In this document: positions 1-8,992 of the stretch, one piece after another
How the letters are laid out: each line of letters opens with the position of its first letter
Position numbering within the stretch: the stretch's first letter is position 1
DNA from: Pseudonocardiales bacterium
GTDB taxonomy: Bacteria; Actinomycetota; Actinomycetes; Mycobacteriales; Jatrophihabitantaceae
Assembly (NCBI GenBank): GCA_032160775.1
Contig: JAVHVB010000474.1
Span: forward strand, 1 to 39,752
Direction: 5' to 3'
Length of the DNA stretch: 39,752 bases
Notes under the pieces: generated by a model
What the model was told of the DNA's origin: nothing
The model's database searches: none
Seen by the model: the letters and a program-made list of their open reading frames with translations, nothing else
Translations under genes and position numbers: made by a program

Positions 1-1
1 C

Positions 2-47
2 GAGTGGCCGGTTGTAACCGGCCACTCAGTGCGAAAGTGGCCACTCG
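2..47. repeat. REP-like palindromic element (possibly cut by the window edge)
   Basis: Perfect 12-bp inverted repeat GAGTGGCCGGTT (2-13) / AACCGGCCACTC (16-27), then palindrome AGTGGCCACT (36-45). Ends immediately before the meaB ATG. Confidence 0.6.
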
Positions 48-1016
48 ATGAGCGCGGAGCTGGCCGAGCGGGTGATGGCCGGCGATCGGGCGGCGATCGC
101 GCGGGCCATCACCCTTGTCGAGTCGAGCCGCGCCGACCACCGCGCGCAGGCGCAGCAGCTGCTCTCGACGTTGCTCCCGCACACCGGTGCGGCGCGCCGG
201 GTCGGGATCAGCGGGGTGCCGGGCGTCGGCAAGTCGACGTTCATCGACCAGCTCGGCGCCAATCTGATCGCCGCCGGGCACCGGGTCGCGGTCCTCGCCG
301 TCGACCCGTCGTCCGGCCGAAGTGGCGGGTCGATCCTCGGGGACAAGACGCGGATGGCGCGACTGGCGGTCGACGAGCACGCGTTCGTCCGCCCGTCGCC
401 CTCGGCCGGCACGCTCGGCGGCGTCGCCAAGGCGACGCGGGAGACGATGCTGGTGATGGAGGCGGCGGGCTACGACGTCGTGCTCGTCGAGACGGTCGGT
501 GTCGGCCCGTCGGTATACGTCGTCGCCGACATGGTGGACACCTTCCTGTTCTTGACGCTCGCCCGGACCGGGGACCAGTTACAGGGCATGAAGCGCGGCA
601 TCCTCGAACTCGCCGACGTCATCGCGGTGAACAAGGCGGACGAGCAGCACGAGGACGAGGCCACCCGCGCGGCGCGCGAGCTGTCCGGCGCGCTGCGCCT
701 GCTACGCGGTCCGGCCGACGACTGGCAGGCGCCGGTGGTCACTTGCAGCGGCCTGCACAACATCAACCTGGACGGTGTGTGGGAGCGCGTCGAACGGCAC
801 CGGAGCTGGCTCGAGCAGCACGGCGGCTTGGCGGCCAAGCGCCGCGACCAGATGGTGGAGTGGACCCGGGCGATGGTCCGGGACCGGTTGCTGGCCCGGC
901 TGGCCGCCCCGGAGGTGCGGGCGGTCGTCGCCGAGGCAGAGGCCGGGGTGCGCGACGAGCGGCTCACCCCGGATCAGGCCGCGACCCGGATCCTGGCCGC
1001 CCTGGACAACGCGTGA
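48..1016 (+). CDS. meaB: Methylmalonyl-CoA mutase-associated GTPase (MeaB/ArgK family)
   Basis: Motifs ARAITLVES, Walker A GVPGVGKST, AVDPSS..SGGSILGDKTRM, ETVGVG, GDQLQG and NKAD. Confidence 0.95.
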   Translation: MSAELAERVMAGDRAAIARAITLVESSRADHRAQAQQLLSTLLPHTGAARRVGISGVPGVGKSTFIDQLGANLIAAGHRVAVLAVDPSSGRSGGSILGDKTRMARLAVDEHAFVRPSPSAGTLGGVAKATRETMLVMEAAGYDVVLVETVGVGPSVYVVADMVDTFLFLTLARTGDQLQGMKRGILELADVIAVNKADEQHEDEATRAARELSGALRLLRGPADDWQAPVVTCSGLHNINLDGVWERVERHRSWLEQHGGLAAKRRDQMVEWTRAMVRDRLLARLAAPEVRAVVAEAEAGVRDERLTPDQAATRILAALDNA

Positions 1017-1062
1017 GTACCCGCTGACCCACGCCAGAGGCGGTGCGGAGGGGGCTGCTCGG

Positions 1063-1185
1063 TCAGGCGTCGCGGCCGCGCGTTGCGCTGTGCTGAACCA
1101 TCAGCAACGCCAGCGCGAGGCCGGCGAGCTGCGACGCGACGAGTTGCCGAATGCGGCTGGCCCTGAGTAGAGGCTCGGCGGACAC
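1063..1185 (-). CDS. Putative 40-aa small protein (MSAEPLLRASRIRQLVASQLAGLALALLMVQHSATRGRDA), absent from the ORF track
   Basis: GTG at 1185 preceded by AAGGAG (1193-1198) at 7-nt spacing; open frame to TGA at 1063; one hydrophobic segment. Confidence 0.5.
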   Translation of the reverse strand: MSAEPLLRASRIRQLVASQLAGLALALLMVQHSATRGRDA

Positions 1186-1346
1186 GGGCAAACTCCTTAT
1201 TTGTTCGAGCTTTCAACTTAACACTCCATACCCAGCGCGGAGCGCGAAGCAGAGCGCGTGTACCCGTGCTCACACCAGTAAGCTGCATCACCGGAGCGCC
1301 GGGAAGTCTGGTCGGCATCGCCGCCCCGACGTCCGGAAGGCCCGAT

Positions 1347-2477
1347 TTGCGCAATTTGCTTCCTCGGCTACCGGTCCCGGCGCCCGCGCTGTTCCTGATC
1401 GCCGCCGCGGTTGCCGCAGACCTCGTCCCGCAGCTCGGCGGACTCTCGATCCGCACCGACCAGGCGATCGTCACCGTCGCCCTCGTCGTCATCCTGTTCG
1501 AGGGCGGCATGCAGATCGGCTGGGCGCGGTTGCGCCCGGCGGTGGCGGCAGTCGTCTGGCTGGGTCTCGCAGGTACAGCGGTCACCGCCGCCGCGATGGC
1601 GGGACTCGCTCACTACGCGTTCGGCTTCGACTGGCGGGCGGCGCTCCTGGTCGGCGCAGCGCTCGCACCGACGGATCCGGCGGTGGTGTTCTCCGTGCTC
1701 GGCAAGCGAGAGATCGCGGGGCGGTCCGGGACGTTGCTCGAGGGCGAGTCCGGCGCCAACGACCCGGTCGGCATCGCGCTGATGGTGAGCCTGCTCGCCG
1801 CCCACGGCGCGACCTGGTCGGCGGTCGGGCTCGGCGCCGGACGGTTCGGCGTCCAACTCGGCGTTGGCCTCGTGTTCGGCGCGGCGGGCGGACTGCTGCT
1901 GCTCCAGGCGGTCCGGCGCGTCCGGCTGCCGTTCGGCGCGCTGTACCCGGCGCTGACGATGGCCGTCGCCGGGGGTCTCTACGCGGCGACCGCGGCGCTG
2001 GGCGGTTCGGGCTTCCTGGCGGTCTTCATCGCCGGCATCGTCGTCGGCGACGCACCCGGCCCGGTCAAGCGCAAGGTCGCGCGATTCGCCGGCACTCTCG
2101 CCGGCCTGGCCGAGGTCGTGGCCTTCGTCGTGCTCGGCTTGTCGGTCGAGTTCACCGCGCTCATCGAGGGCAGCCGATTGTGGCCCGCGCTCGGCATGGC
2201 GGCGCTGCTCATCGTCGTCGTGCGACCGTTGTTCGTAGGCGCCCTGCTCGCGCCCGTCCGGCTGCCGCGCGGCGAGCGGCTCTTCGTACTGTTCGCCGGG
2301 CTGAAGGGCGCCGTCCCGATCCTGTTGGGCACGTACGTGCTCGTCGAGGGGGTGGCTCGCGCCGGCGAGATCTACGACATCATCTTCGTCGTCGTGCTGG
2401 TGTCCGTCATCGTGCAGGGTGGGCTGGTACCGACGATGATCCGCCTGTGGCGGGTGCCCATACGGGGCAGCACCTAG
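1347..2477 (+). CDS. Cation:proton antiporter, CPA1 (NhaP/CvrA-like); start uncertain (1266 or 1347)
   Basis: Motifs LFEGG, PTDPAVV, EGESGANDPVG, GLKGAVPI and many TM helices. TTG at 1347 has GGAAGG 6 nt upstream. Confidence 0.88.
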   Translation: MRNLLPRLPVPAPALFLIAAAVAADLVPQLGGLSIRTDQAIVTVALVVILFEGGMQIGWARLRPAVAAVVWLGLAGTAVTAAAMAGLAHYAFGFDWRAALLVGAALAPTDPAVVFSVLGKREIAGRSGTLLEGESGANDPVGIALMVSLLAAHGATWSAVGLGAGRFGVQLGVGLVFGAAGGLLLLQAVRRVRLPFGALYPALTMAVAGGLYAATAALGGSGFLAVFIAGIVVGDAPGPVKRKVARFAGTLAGLAEVVAFVVLGLSVEFTALIEGSRLWPALGMAALLIVVVRPLFVGALLAPVRLPRGERLFVLFAGLKGAVPILLGTYVLVEGVARAGEIYDIIFVVVLVSVIVQGGLVPTMIRLWRVPIRGST

Positions 2478-2487
2478 GGTTGGGATC

Positions 2488-3624
2488 GTGCACATCGACT
2501 TCGCGGGATCAGCCCGGACGAGCCTCGGTGTGGAGTGGGAACTCGAACTCATCGACCTCGACACCCGTGAACTCACCGGCGCCTCGGACGCGCTTCTCGC
2601 CGCGGTGTCCCCGGCCGGCGACGGCGAGCACCCGAAGGCGAAGCACGAGTTGCTGCAGTCCTGCGTCGAGGTCATCACCGGCATCTGCCAGACGGTTGCC
2701 GAGGCGAAGGCGGACCTCACCGGCACGGTCGACGAGCTCCAGAAGGTGGCCGCCGAGCGCAACGTCGGGCTGATCTGCAGCGGCACCCACCCGATCACCG
2801 ACTGGGCGACGCAGCGGATCACCGACGACGAGCGCTACATGCAACTCGTCGAGCGCAACCAGTGGCTGGCGCGTCAGCTGCAGATCTTCGGCGTTCATGT
2901 GCACTGCGGTGTGCGCGCACCCGAGAAGGCCATCCCGATCGTCAATGCGCTGCTCGCCTACCTGCCGCACTTCCTCTCGCTGTCCGCGTCCTCTCCGTAC
3001 TGGATGGGCGCCGACACCGGACTCGCTTCGTACCGGTCCAAGGTGTTCGAGGCGCTGCCGACCGCCGGCCTGCCCTATCAGTTGTCCGGGTGGGACGAGT
3101 TCGAGAAGTACATGGAGCTGCTCATCTCCTCGCACGCGATCGAGTCGGTACGCGAGGTGTGGTGGGACATCCGGCCCCACCCGAACTTCGGCACCGTCGA
3201 GCTGCGGATCTGCGACGGGCTGCCGACGATCGACGAGATCGGCTGCGTCGCGGCGCTCGCGCAGTGTCTGGTCGACCGGTTCGATCGGCAGCTCGACGAC
3301 GGGTACACGCTGCCCGAACCGCGGCCGTGGCTGGTGCGTGAGAACAAGTGGCGCGCGGCGCGCTACGGGCTCGACGCCGAGATCGTGGTGGACAACTCCG
3401 GCCGGCTGCAGCCGGTCCGCGAGGCACTCACCGACCTCGTCGAGGATCTGCTGCCGACCGCGCGGCGACTCGACTGTGCGAGCGAGCTGGAGACGATCCC
3501 GCGACTGATCGAGCGAGGGGCGAGCTATCAGCGGCAACGGGCGGTCGCCGCCGCGCATGCGGGCAAGCTCGAGCCGGTGGTCGACGCGTTGCTCGACGAG
3601 ATGCGCGGCGGGTTGACGCTGTGA
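2488..3624 (+). CDS. Glutamate--cysteine ligase family 2 (YbdK/GCS2-type carboxylate-amine ligase)
   Basis: Motifs SLGVEWELEL, HELLQSCVEVITG, SGTHP, FGVHVH, SASSPYW, WWDIRP, GTVELRICD and ENKWRAARYG. Confidence 0.93.
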   Translation: MHIDFAGSARTSLGVEWELELIDLDTRELTGASDALLAAVSPAGDGEHPKAKHELLQSCVEVITGICQTVAEAKADLTGTVDELQKVAAERNVGLICSGTHPITDWATQRITDDERYMQLVERNQWLARQLQIFGVHVHCGVRAPEKAIPIVNALLAYLPHFLSLSASSPYWMGADTGLASYRSKVFEALPTAGLPYQLSGWDEFEKYMELLISSHAIESVREVWWDIRPHPNFGTVELRICDGLPTIDEIGCVAALAQCLVDRFDRQLDDGYTLPEPRPWLVRENKWRAARYGLDAEIVVDNSGRLQPVREALTDLVEDLLPTARRLDCASELETIPRLIERGASYQRQRAVAAAHAGKLEPVVDALLDEMRGGLTL

Positions 3625-4763
3625 CGCCGTCCCTCGACGTCGTCGCGGTGCGCCGGGACCTGCACGCGCATCCGGAACTCGCCTACGCCGAGACCCGGAC
3701 GACCGGCGTGATCATGAACCTGCTCGAGAGCTTCGGCCTCGAGCCGAAGGTGCTCGTCGGCGACACCGGCGTGGTGTGTGACATCGGCACGGAGGGGCCG
3801 TTGATCGCGCTGCGCGCGGACATCGACGCGCTGCCCCTGTCCGATGAGAAGGCGGTGCCGTACCGGTCGACCGTCGACGGCATGTGCCACGGGTGCGGCC
3901 ACGACGCGCACACCGCGATCCTGCTCGGCGCCGCCGCCGAACTGGCAGCACAACCTCCGTCCGGCCGGGTCCGGCTGATCTTCCAGCCGGCCGAGGAGAC
4001 GGTGCCCGGTGGCGCGGTCGACACGATCGCGGCCGGTGCGCTCGACGGGGTCGACCAGATCTTCGCGCTGCACTGCGACCCGCGGCTCGTCACGGGGAAG
4101 GTGGGAGTGCGGATCGGCCCGACGACGGCGGCCTGTGACCAGCTCGAAGTCGTGCTCAGCGGTGCCGGCGGGCACACCGCAAGGCCGCACATGACTCAGG
4201 ACGTGGTCTACGCGCTCGGCCGAGTCATCACCGAACTGCCCGGTCTGCTCTCCCGCCGGGTCGACCCGCGGGCAGCGCTCTCGCTCGTCTGGGGCTCTGT
4301 CGAGGGTGGCCGCGCAGCCAACGCCATTCCGATGTCCGGTCGGCTGCGCGGCACGCTGCGCGTGTTCGGCCGCGAGGCGTGGGACGCGGCCGGGCCGATG
4401 GTGACGTCACTGGTCGACCAGATCGCGGCACCGTCGGGCGTTCGTGCCGAGACCAACTACACGCGTGGCGTGCCGCCGGTGATCAACTCCGCAGCGGCGG
4501 TGTCGGTGCAACGAGCAGCGGTGCGTACCGCGCTCGGCCGCGAGGCGCTGACCGAGACCGAGCAGAGCATGGGGGGCGAGGACTTCGCCTGGTACCTCGA
4601 GGCGGTGCCCGGCGCACTGGCGCGGCTCGGCGTGCGTGCTCCCGGCGGCGACGCCTTCGACCTGCACCAAGGGACGTTCGACATCGACGAGCGCGCTCTG
4701 GACGTCGGCGTGCGGTACACGGTCACGCTGGCCGCCGAGGCGCTGCGCGGGCTCACCGCCTGA
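3621..4763 (+). CDS. M20D family amidohydrolase (AmiA1-like)
   Basis: GTGA overlap with the upstream stop. Motifs RRDLHAHPEL, LRADIDALP, HGCGHDAH, FQPAEE, GGHTARPH and GGEDF. Confidence 0.92.
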   Translation: MTPSLDVVAVRRDLHAHPELAYAETRTTGVIMNLLESFGLEPKVLVGDTGVVCDIGTEGPLIALRADIDALPLSDEKAVPYRSTVDGMCHGCGHDAHTAILLGAAAELAAQPPSGRVRLIFQPAEETVPGGAVDTIAAGALDGVDQIFALHCDPRLVTGKVGVRIGPTTAACDQLEVVLSGAGGHTARPHMTQDVVYALGRVITELPGLLSRRVDPRAALSLVWGSVEGGRAANAIPMSGRLRGTLRVFGREAWDAAGPMVTSLVDQIAAPSGVRAETNYTRGVPPVINSAAAVSVQRAAVRTALGREALTETEQSMGGEDFAWYLEAVPGALARLGVRAPGGDAFDLHQGTFDIDERALDVGVRYTVTLAAEALRGLTA

Positions 4764-4771
4764 TGCCGGAT

Positions 4772-4800
4772 CTGCCGGTCACTCGCCGAGTGACCGGCAG
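4772..4800. terminator. Inverted repeat at a convergent gene junction; probable bidirectional terminator
   Basis: Perfect 14-bp arms CTGCCGGTCACTCG (4772-4785) / CGAGTGACCGGCAG (4787-4800), overlapping the GGCT stop codon. Confidence 0.6.
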
Positions 4801-5243
4801 GCGCGGTTGCGGATGTCGGCGACGTACTCGTCCGGGGCGCCGGCGGCCTGCGCCGCGTCGGAGATGAGGCCGATCGTCCGGGCCGACGGCAGCCCGCCCT
4901 CGAAGCCGTCCAGCACGTAGACCCAGGCGAGCGCCACGCCGTCGAGGGTGTCGATGCGCAGCCGGATCTTGTTGTAGAGCCCTGTGTCGGCGCCCTCCCA
5001 GTAGTCGAGGGTGCGCATGTCCTGCTCCGACACCTCGTACAGCGCGACGAACACCTGGGCGTCCTTCTCCGGTACAACCATCGGCAGCGCGCCGTCCCAC
5101 CCGAGGTCTTCGCCGCCGAAGGTGAGCCGCCAGCCGGCCAGCCAGCCGGTGCCGGCCGCCGGCGAGTGCGGGCAGCGTTCCAGCATCTGCTCGGGGTCCA
5201 TGTTGGAGCCGTAGGCCGCGTACAGCCCGCTGTCCCGGCTCAA
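4779..5243 (-). CDS. Gamma-glutamylcyclotransferase family protein
   Basis: N-terminal YAAYGSNM motif, LDYWEG, GWRLTFGGE. AAGGAGG precedes the TTG start; divergent from lpdA as in other actinobacteria. Confidence 0.9.
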   Translation of the reverse strand: MSRDSGLYAAYGSNMDPEQMLERCPHSPAAGTGWLAGWRLTFGGEDLGWDGALPMVVPEKDAQVFVALYEVSEQDMRTLDYWEGADTGLYNKIRLRIDTLDGVALAWVYVLDGFEGGLPSARTIGLISDAAQAAGAPDEYVADIRNRACRSLGE

Positions 5244-5308
5244 GCGGCCTCCTTCGTCGGCCGGCAGAGCCCAGCGATGCCGATGGTTCGCTCGCCAGCT
5301 TCGCTCAC
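5240..5308 (-). repeat. MIRU-like intergenic repeat, copy 1, encoding a 22-aa mini-ORF
   Basis: GTGAGCGAAGCTGGCGAGC...CCGACGAAGGAGGCCGCTTGA. Its stop overlaps the GGCT start (TTGA); both ends resemble the element at 36316-36387. Confidence 0.7.
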
Positions 5309-5373
5309 CGCATCACCCCGCTCATCCCGGGGGAGCGTACCGACCAGCCGCGCCGGGCGGGGATGATGGACGG

Positions 5374-6774
5374 GTGCGCATAGCGATCGTCGGTGGCGGC
5401 CCCGCCGGGTATGAGTCGGCGCTGGTCGCGGCGCAGCTCGGCGCCGAGGTCGTCGTCGTCGACCGGGACGGACTGGGCGGTTCGTGCGTGCTCACCGACT
5501 GCGTGCCGAGCAAGACGCTCATCGCGACCAGTGAACGGGTGAGCTCGCTGCGGACCGCCTCGCGCGTCGGGGTCGGCACGGACGGCGTCGACGCGTCGAT
5601 CGATCTCGTCGCGGTGAACGAGCGGATCAAGGGGCTTGCCCAGCAGCAGTCCGACGACATCGCGAAGCGGCTGCGCAACGAGGGTGTCTCGGTGCTCGCC
5701 GGCAGCGGCCGGTTCAGTGTCGACCAGCCGGGTCGGGCGCACCGGATCGAGGTCGTGGACCGCGCCGGCGGCGTCGTCGACACCGTCGAGGCGGACGTCG
5801 TCCTACTGGCCACCGGCGGCACCCCGCGCACGTTGCCGACCGCAGTGCCGGACGGCGAGCGCATCCTGTCCTGGCGAGACGTGTACGAGCTGACCGAGCT
5901 GCCCGAGCACCTGATCGTCGTCGGGTCAGGCGTCACCGGTGCGGAGTTCGCCAGCGGTTACCTCGAGCTCGGCGTGCAGGTCACGCTCGTGTCCAGCCGG
6001 GACCGCGTGCTGCCGGGCGAGGACGCCGACGCGGCGGCGGTCATCGAAGATGTCTTCACCAGCCACGGCGGGACGCTGGTCAAGCAGGCGCGCGCCGCGG
6101 CCGTGCGGCGTGCCGGGGACGGCGTGGCCGTCGACCTCCTCGGCGGCTTCACGGTCACCGGTTCGCACGCCCTGATGTGCGTCGGTTCGGTGCCCGACGT
6201 CGCGAATCTGGGCCTCGAGCACGCGGGGGTCGAACTCGACACGGACGGCTACATCGCAGTTGACCGGGTCTCCCGCACGTCGGTTCCCTCGGTGTACGCC
6301 GCGGGCGACTGCACGGGGGTCCTGCTGCTCGCGTCGGTCGCCGGGATGCAGGGCCGGATCGCGATGTGGCACGCACTCGGTGAGGCGGTCGCGCCACTGC
6401 GGCTCAAGACGGTCGCGGCCAACGTGTTCACCCATCCGGAGATCGCCACCGTCGGCTTCGGCTCGGCCGCGATCGCGGCCGGCACGGTGCCGGCCCGGCA
6501 AGTGACCCTGCCGCTCGCGACCAACGCTCGCGCGAAGATGCAGGGCCACCGGGACGGGTTCGTCAAGGTGTTCTGCCGGCCCGCCACCGGAGCGGTCATC
6601 GGCGGCGTCATCGTCGCGCCGAACGCCTCGGAACTCATCTTCCCGCTGACCCTCGCTGTGCAGCGCGGGCTCACCGTGAAGGACCTGGCGGGAACAATCG
6701 GGGTGTACCCGTCGTTGTCCGGCTCGGTCGCCGAGGCGGCCCGACGATTGATGCTGCACGACGACTTGGACTGA
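5374..6774 (+). CDS. lpdA: NAD(P)H-quinone dehydrogenase (LpdA-type flavoprotein disulfide reductase)
   Basis: GGGPAG FAD motif, CVLTDCVPSK, GSGVTGAEFA, AAGDCTG. C-terminal VYPSLSGS lacks the His-Glu dyad of true E3; syntenic with GGCT and the amidohydrolase. Confidence 0.9.
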   Translation: MRIAIVGGGPAGYESALVAAQLGAEVVVVDRDGLGGSCVLTDCVPSKTLIATSERVSSLRTASRVGVGTDGVDASIDLVAVNERIKGLAQQQSDDIAKRLRNEGVSVLAGSGRFSVDQPGRAHRIEVVDRAGGVVDTVEADVVLLATGGTPRTLPTAVPDGERILSWRDVYELTELPEHLIVVGSGVTGAEFASGYLELGVQVTLVSSRDRVLPGEDADAAAVIEDVFTSHGGTLVKQARAAAVRRAGDGVAVDLLGGFTVTGSHALMCVGSVPDVANLGLEHAGVELDTDGYIAVDRVSRTSVPSVYAAGDCTGVLLLASVAGMQGRIAMWHALGEAVAPLRLKTVAANVFTHPEIATVGFGSAAIAAGTVPARQVTLPLATNARAKMQGHRDGFVKVFCRPATGAVIGGVIVAPNASELIFPLTLAVQRGLTVKDLAGTIGVYPSLSGSVAEAARRLMLHDDLD

Positions 6775-6812
6775 CCCACGACGGGCGCTTGCGCGAGGAG
6801 TGAAACGGCATA

Positions 6813-7166
6813 GTGACAAGCCATGGTGACTACTCCGCGGAGGCGAAGTCCGCGGCCGAGGGCAAGGCGCGCGCCGCGGGCGTGTTCGCCGAGAACGCCG
6901 AGACGATCGTGGCTGCGCTGCCGGCCGTGCCCGAGGGGCACGTGCTGATCGCCGTCGTCGACGACGCGCACGAGTTCAGCGGCACGCACCATGTCGCCAA
7001 CGAGGACATCGTCGAGCGGGTGCCGCAACTCGAGGGCACCGGCTGGGCGATGGTGTTCACCCCGGGCACCGGGCCGGAGGAGGTCCGCCGGCGCAGCGCC
7101 GAGATGGCCACGCTGGCGTTGCGCCGCGCCGAGATGATCACCCGGATCAGGACGCGACGAACCTGA
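6813..7166 (+). CDS. Hypothetical protein (117 aa)
   Basis: GC3-rich codon usage, fills the gap between lpdA and accA, GAGGAG upstream; no motif recognised. Confidence 0.7.
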   Translation: MTSHGDYSAEAKSAAEGKARAAGVFAENAETIVAALPAVPEGHVLIAVVDDAHEFSGTHHVANEDIVERVPQLEGTGWAMVFTPGTGPEEVRRRSAEMATLALRRAEMITRIRTRRT

Positions 7167-7196
7167 TAACTCGAGACGCGGGAGCGCTGCTCGGAT

Positions 7197-8945
7197 CTAC
7201 TCCTTGATCTCGCAGATGACGGAGCCACTGGTGACGACCGCGCCGACTTCGGCCTGGAGGTTGGTCACCGTGCCCGCCTTGTGGGCGGTCAGCGGCTGCT
7301 CCATCTTCATCGCTTCGAGCACGACGATGGTCTGGCCGGCCTCGACCGCGTCGCCCTCGGCCGCGGCGACCTTCACGATCGTGCCCTGCATGGGCGCCGT
7401 CAGGGCGTCGCCGGACACTGCAGCGCCGGCCTTCTTCCCGGCGGACCGCTTGGGCGCGGCCCTGCGACTGCCGCCGGCGGGACCCGCGGCGAAGCCGCCT
7501 GGCAGCGACACCTCGAGCCGCTTGCCCCCGACCTCGACGACGATCGTCTCGCGCGCGGGCGCCTCGTCGCCGGCATCGGCGGCAGCGGTATGGGGCGGGA
7601 TCGTGTTGTCGAACTCGGTCTCGATCCAGCGGGTGAAGATGGTGAACGGGTCGGCGGTGAATGCTTCGTCGCGCACGACCGCCCGGTGGAACGTCAGCGC
7701 CGTGGCCATCCCCTCGACCACGAACTCGTCCAGCGCGCGCCGCGCTCGCTCGAGGGCCTCGGCACGTGACTCGCCGTACACGATCAACTTGGCGAGCAAG
7801 GAGTCGAATGCGCCGCCGATCACCGAGTTCGCCTCGATGCCCGAGTCGACCCGCACACCGGGGCCGGCCGGCTCGCGATAGGCGGTGACGGTGCCCGGTG
7901 CGGGCAAGAAGTTGCGGCCGGGGTCCTCGCCGTTGATCCGGAACTCGAATGCGTGCCCGCGCGGGATCGGGTCGGCGTCGAAGCGCAGCTGCTCGCCCTC
8001 GGCGATCCGGAACTGCTCGCGGACGAGGTCGACGCCGCTCGTCTCCTCGGTCACCGGGTGCTCCACCTGCAGCCGGGTGTTCACCTCGAGAAAACTGATG
8101 ACGCCGTCGTTGCCGACGAGATACTCGACCGTGCCGGCGCCGTAGTACTTCGCCTCGCGGCAGATGGCTTTGGCCGACTCGTGGATCGTGGTGCGCTGCT
8201 CGTCGGTGAGGAACGGCGCCGGCGCCTCCTCGACCAGCTTCTGGTTGCGGCGCTGCAGCGAACAGTCGCGGGTGCCGACGACGATGACGTTGCCGTGCTG
8301 GTCGGCGAGCACCTGCGCCTCGACGTGCCGGGACCGGTCGAGGTAGCGCTCGACGAAGCACTCGCCGCGGCCGAACGCGGAGATCGCCTCACGCACCGCG
8401 GACTCGTAGAGGTCGGCGACCTCGCCCATCTCGCGAGCGATCTTCATGCCCCGACCGCCGCCGCCGTAGACCGCCTTGATGGCGATCGGCAGGCCGTACT
8501 CCTCGGCGAAGGCGATGACCTCGTCGGCGCCGGAGACCGGGTCCTTGGTGCCGGCGACGAGCGGCGCTCCGGCCCGCTCGGCGATGTGTCGCGCCACCGC
8601 CTTGTCGCCGAGGTCGCGGATCGCCTGCGGCGACGGCCCGATCCAGGTCAGCCCCGCATCCAGGACCGCCTGCGCGAATTCGGCGTTCTCGGACAGGAAA
8701 CCGTAGCCGGGGTGGACCGCGTCGGCGCCGGACCGGGTGGCCGCGTCGACGACCTTGTCGATGACGAGGTACGAGTCGCCCGGGGTGGTACCGCCGAGCG
8801 CGAAGGCCTCGTCGGCCATCCGGACGTGCAGCGCGTCGCGGTCGGGCTCGGCGTACACCGCGACGGAGGCGTAGCCCGCGTCCTTACAGGCTCGGATCAC
8901 CCGGACGGCGATCTCGCCACGGTTCGCGATGAGCACCTTTTGCAC
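7197..8945 (-). CDS. accA: Acetyl/propionyl-CoA carboxylase alpha subunit (biotin carboxylase + BCCP)
   Basis: Motifs [49 protein letters not shown] and the biotinylation motif EAMKM. Confidence 0.97.
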   Translation of the reverse strand: MQKVLIANRGEIAVRVIRACKDAGYASVAVYAEPDRDALHVRMADEAFALGGTTPGDSYLVIDKVVDAATRSGADAVHPGYGFLSENAEFAQAVLDAGLTWIGPSPQAIRDLGDKAVARHIAERAGAPLVAGTKDPVSGADEVIAFAEEYGLPIAIKAVYGGGGRGMKIAREMGEVADLYESAVREAISAFGRGECFVERYLDRSRHVEAQVLADQHGNVIVVGTRDCSLQRRNQKLVEEAPAPFLTDEQRTTIHESAKAICREAKYYGAGTVEYLVGNDGVISFLEVNTRLQVEHPVTEETSGVDLVREQFRIAEGEQLRFDADPIPRGHAFEFRINGEDPGRNFLPAPGTVTAYREPAGPGVRVDSGIEANSVIGGAFDSLLAKLIVYGESRAEALERARRALDEFVVEGMATALTFHRAVVRDEAFTADPFTIFTRWIETEFDNTIPPHTAAADAGDEAPARETIVVEVGGKRLEVSLPGGFAAGPAGGSRRAAPKRSAGKKAGAAVSGDALTAPMQGTIVKVAAAEGDAVEAGQTIVVLEAMKMEQPLTAHKAGTVTNLQAEVGAVVTSGSVICEIKE

Positions 8946-8992
8946 CGCTGCAGCCTACCCAGTCGCGGCGCGCCCCTCGCGGCGTCCCAGCG

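Noticed and set aside
1196-1210. Possible LexA (SOS) box near TCGAACAAATA
   Set aside because: Only one half-site (CGAAC) is present; the GTTCG partner is missing.
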